Shown here one piece after another: positions 61,440-64,000 of a stretch of DNA of 64,000 nt (the first letter of the stretch is position 1; each line of letters begins with the position of its first letter). Both the position numbers and the translations under genes were made by a program. A model generated the notes under the pieces. The model saw only the letters and a list, made by a program, of their open reading frames with translations. It was not told the origin of the DNA and did not search any database. Origin of the DNA: Azolla caroliniana (taxonomy: Eukaryota; Plantae; Polypodiophyta); the NCBI GenBank assembly GCA_043228905.1, contig JBHGNT010000010.1, positions 3,968,001-4,032,000 on the forward strand, written 5' to 3'.

Positions 61440-62769
61440 ATGGAAGGAGGTGTGAGTGGCTTCCCAGGAATGATAGTTCTAAACTCTCAAAACTATGTAG
61501 ATTGGAAGATAAAGATGGAGGACCTTCTCGTAGTCAAAGACCTCTACAAGTCGATCGACAAAGCAGAAATACCCACGGGGGTATTACAGTCGGAATGGAA
61601 ACTTCTTAACAAAAAGGTGGTGACCACCGACCGATAGTGCGTTGATGTAAGTGTCCTTCAGCATGTGGCGAACAACATAAATGCCCACGAGATGTGGCAG
61701 AAGCTGTCAGGTCTACATGAGAGGAAGAACGCCCTCAATAAAACCTCACTGATGAGAAAGATCGTACGGCTGAAATACAGAGACGGTGAGAGCATCGACG
61801 AACACATCAGTGCATTCATGGGGTACGTTGTCGTGGAGAAAACCGTCCCTAGGCGGAATCGGAGAATAATGTGCGCGAACCGGCCCTTACACGCAGGCAC
61901 AAGTTTTGTTGTAATGTACATATTTAGGTACAAGTCGGCTAATATGAATATCCTAGGTCGCACGGATTTGATAGGTACGAAAATGAGGCATATCTCTGTC
62001 TGAAAGGACAGAGAATAAAGATGATGTAACAAGTTGTAACGGCCTCCCTCCTTAAGCTATAAAAGAGAGCGAGAGGAATCGTAAAAGGGACCGCTTTGTC
62101 GAGGACGAAGTGCTGTTGGACTAGGACCGAGCTCTTCTCCTCCATCTTTCTCTGTATTTGCTCTGTGCAGGTTTTCGGGAGGCTGACTCTGCTCCGCGGA
62201 ATGCCCGAGTGCTTCTGGCAAAGTCTCCATCTCGCTCCTCTGTGTGCATGTGCGTACGCGTAGGAGATTTGTCGCTCATCGGCCTACCAGTTGTAACCCC
62301 TTTTTCATCAGTATATATATATACATATATGCATTCATCTCGTTTCCTTTGTTTCATTCAGTTGCGATTTCTATGTATCTGTGTGTGTGTGTGTGTGGAA
62401 GCACGGCCATTGTCTTTCTTGCTCCTACTCCTGATCGGTTATTCCTTGGTCCAAGACCCCCGTGGTCCCGCCTCATTCTATGCGCACGCACGTAACAACG
62501 CGACAACGTAAATCAACTTGTTGCAACCAAGTTTCCCCTTGATGATGCTATGCAGGCCATCCTATTGATGTGCACATTGCCGAATAGCTGGGAGAACCTG
62601 GTGGTTACTCTCAACACCTCTTGTCAAGAAGAGAACTTGTCTTTACAAGCGATGAAGACAAGCATCCTAAATGAGGAAGCGAGAAGGAAGGACAAGGGTG
62701 TCCTAGTCCAGTCAAAGTCAAATTTGACTCTACATACCAGCAGAGGAAGAAATCGGCAAAGGAATCCAC
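61440..62769 (+). pseudogene. Copia G gag (61440-61828 + 62510-62769)
   Basis: MEGGVSGFPGMIVLNSQNY...AFMGYV|NQLVATKFPLDDAMQAILLMCTLP; in frame once the solo LTR and one TSD are removed. Confidence 0.88.
61829..62505 (+). mobile_element. Solo LTR of the E/F Gypsy lineage
   Basis: TGTCG...CGACA termini; reverse-complement similarity to 40642-41339; 4-bp TSD ACGT (61825-61828 / 62506-62509). Confidence 0.92.
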
Positions 62770-64000
62770 TATTAGAGATTAGGTACTAAAGTAAGCATAA
62801 AATAAGGATATATCAATGATAGATCTAGAAAGAATAGAGAGAAAAGAGAGAAAGAAGGGTGCCGATCCACCCGACCACCCCCGAGCGAAGGGATCGAGAC
62901 GGACTCGAGCCTCGATCGGCGTCCCATACCACCGCCTTGGCGTCGAGTCGTACCTGGATGATAGCGCGCTTGCTACAAGAGTCGTTCCACTCACGGACAG
63001 AGTCTCGACGTAGTCAATGCATGCCCCAATGAGGGTAGCTAGGCCTCTTATTTATAGTAATTCTCAAGGCCCCCAGCCATGTTCACACTTGGCCTCATGG
63101 GTTGTCTCAATCCCGAGGATTAAAAGTAATCCTCCCCTTCTTTAGACTCTTTGTTTAACCCTCACACTTATCCACGTGTATAGAATACTACGACAATTCT
63201 CACCACGGGATATTATATGGTCATGCCCGTAACATACTCCCCCTCTTTAAAACATTGCACTCTTGCAATGGAAAGTTAGGGAAGTTAGTTCTTAGAGTCG
63301 TTTCGCGTTCCCATGTGGCATCTTTGATTGATTTATCCATCCATTTTATTTTAAATTCTCGGATTTCCTTAGCACGTAATTTTTTTGTTTTAACATCGAG
63401 AATTCTTTCTGGTACATGTGGTTTAGAAGATAAATCTTCAGAAGTAACCAGAGTTTCAGTTGTAACTGTATTGTCGCCAGAACCTAGAAGTTCTTTTAGA
63501 CGACTTACATGAAAGACTGGATGGATTCCAACACCATCGGGAAGAGCGAGACGATAGGCTGATGATCCAATGCGTTTGAGGACTGTAAAAGGTCCACAAA
63601 ACCGTGGGGCTAACTTAGCGCACTTACCCGTAGACAATGTCTTAGAATTGTGAGGTACACGTAAAAATACCTTCTGTCCAGGGCTGAATACACGAGGTTG
63701 CCTATGATGATCGGCATAAAAACGCGCTCTATCTTGAGCTGTTTTTATATTATCCCGTGCAATATGCAACATATCTTGCATATCCCGAAGAAAGTTTTGC
63801 GTACTTCGCAACTCATCATGATGTATATTAACATCAATCGGGGCTCGTGGCTGAAATCCATACATCAACATAAAAGGACTATATCCCGTCGACGTATGCT
63901 TGGAGCTGTTATAAGCAAACTCCAAAATTGGGAGGTAACGTTCCCATTTTGTTGGTTTTGCACCAACGTATGCTCGAAGCATGTCCTCAATAATTTGATT
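62770..64000 (-). mobile_element. Chromovirus element I, 3' end (INT C-terminus + chromodomain-like region, PPT, 3' LTR ~62770-63234)
   Basis: LEFAYNSS, KLAPRFCGPF, IHPVFHVS, PERILD...KW...DATWE. PPT GAGGGGGAGTA precedes the LTR TG. The LTR's outer end is tentative. Confidence 0.87.

Larger units (their letters stand above)
29340..62769 (+). mobile_element. Ty1/Copia element G (5' part): LTR split by Gypsy C; gag split by a solo LTR and cut by chromovirus I
   Basis: LTR halves ~29340-29589 and 60986-61411 rejoin across TSD GACAG. Copia LTR core TTTGTAAATAGCCC..TATAAAT. Decayed iMet PBS TAGTATCAGAGC at 61415. Gag starts at 61440. The LTR start at 29340 is tentative because the partner LTR is outside the window. 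Confidence 0.75.

Overview
Land-plant nuclear DNA, probably a non-seed plant such as a fern. That is an inference from the PAL type and the transposon lineages and cannot be proven here. The only host gene is a minus-strand phenylalanine ammonia-lyase (PAL; exon 1 at 3504-1762, exon 2 from 444 running off the window). The rest is two deeply nested transposon stacks whose boundaries were resolved by eye from TIRs, LTRs, PBS/PPT and target-site duplications (TSDs). Nest 1 (7686-29004): hAT DNA transposon > LINE > Copia A > Copia B. Nest 2 (~29340 to window end): Copia G > Athila-like Gypsy C, which carries a long extra 3' ORF > Copia D, tRNA-Trp-primed Gypsy E and Gypsy F > self-priming chromovirus H > Copia-B-type LTR fragment. 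A solo LTR and a second chromovirus (I) also sit in G's gag. Most interesting signals: (1) three insertions of one Gypsy family all centred on a CpG with 4-bp TSDs; (2) a chromovirus LTR carrying a tRNA-like A/B-box, with a self-priming PBS and a -1 frameshift hairpin; (3) a decayed antisense 93-aa-repeat gene inside the hAT; (4) a tRNA-end-like sequence where Gypsy C should have its PPT; (5) gag and LTR swapping among the Copia elements; (6) a PAL with a C-terminal Pro/His insertion, an active-site-loop F>Y change and a non-canonical intron. Element letters are my own labels, and reference sequences are recalled rather than searched.
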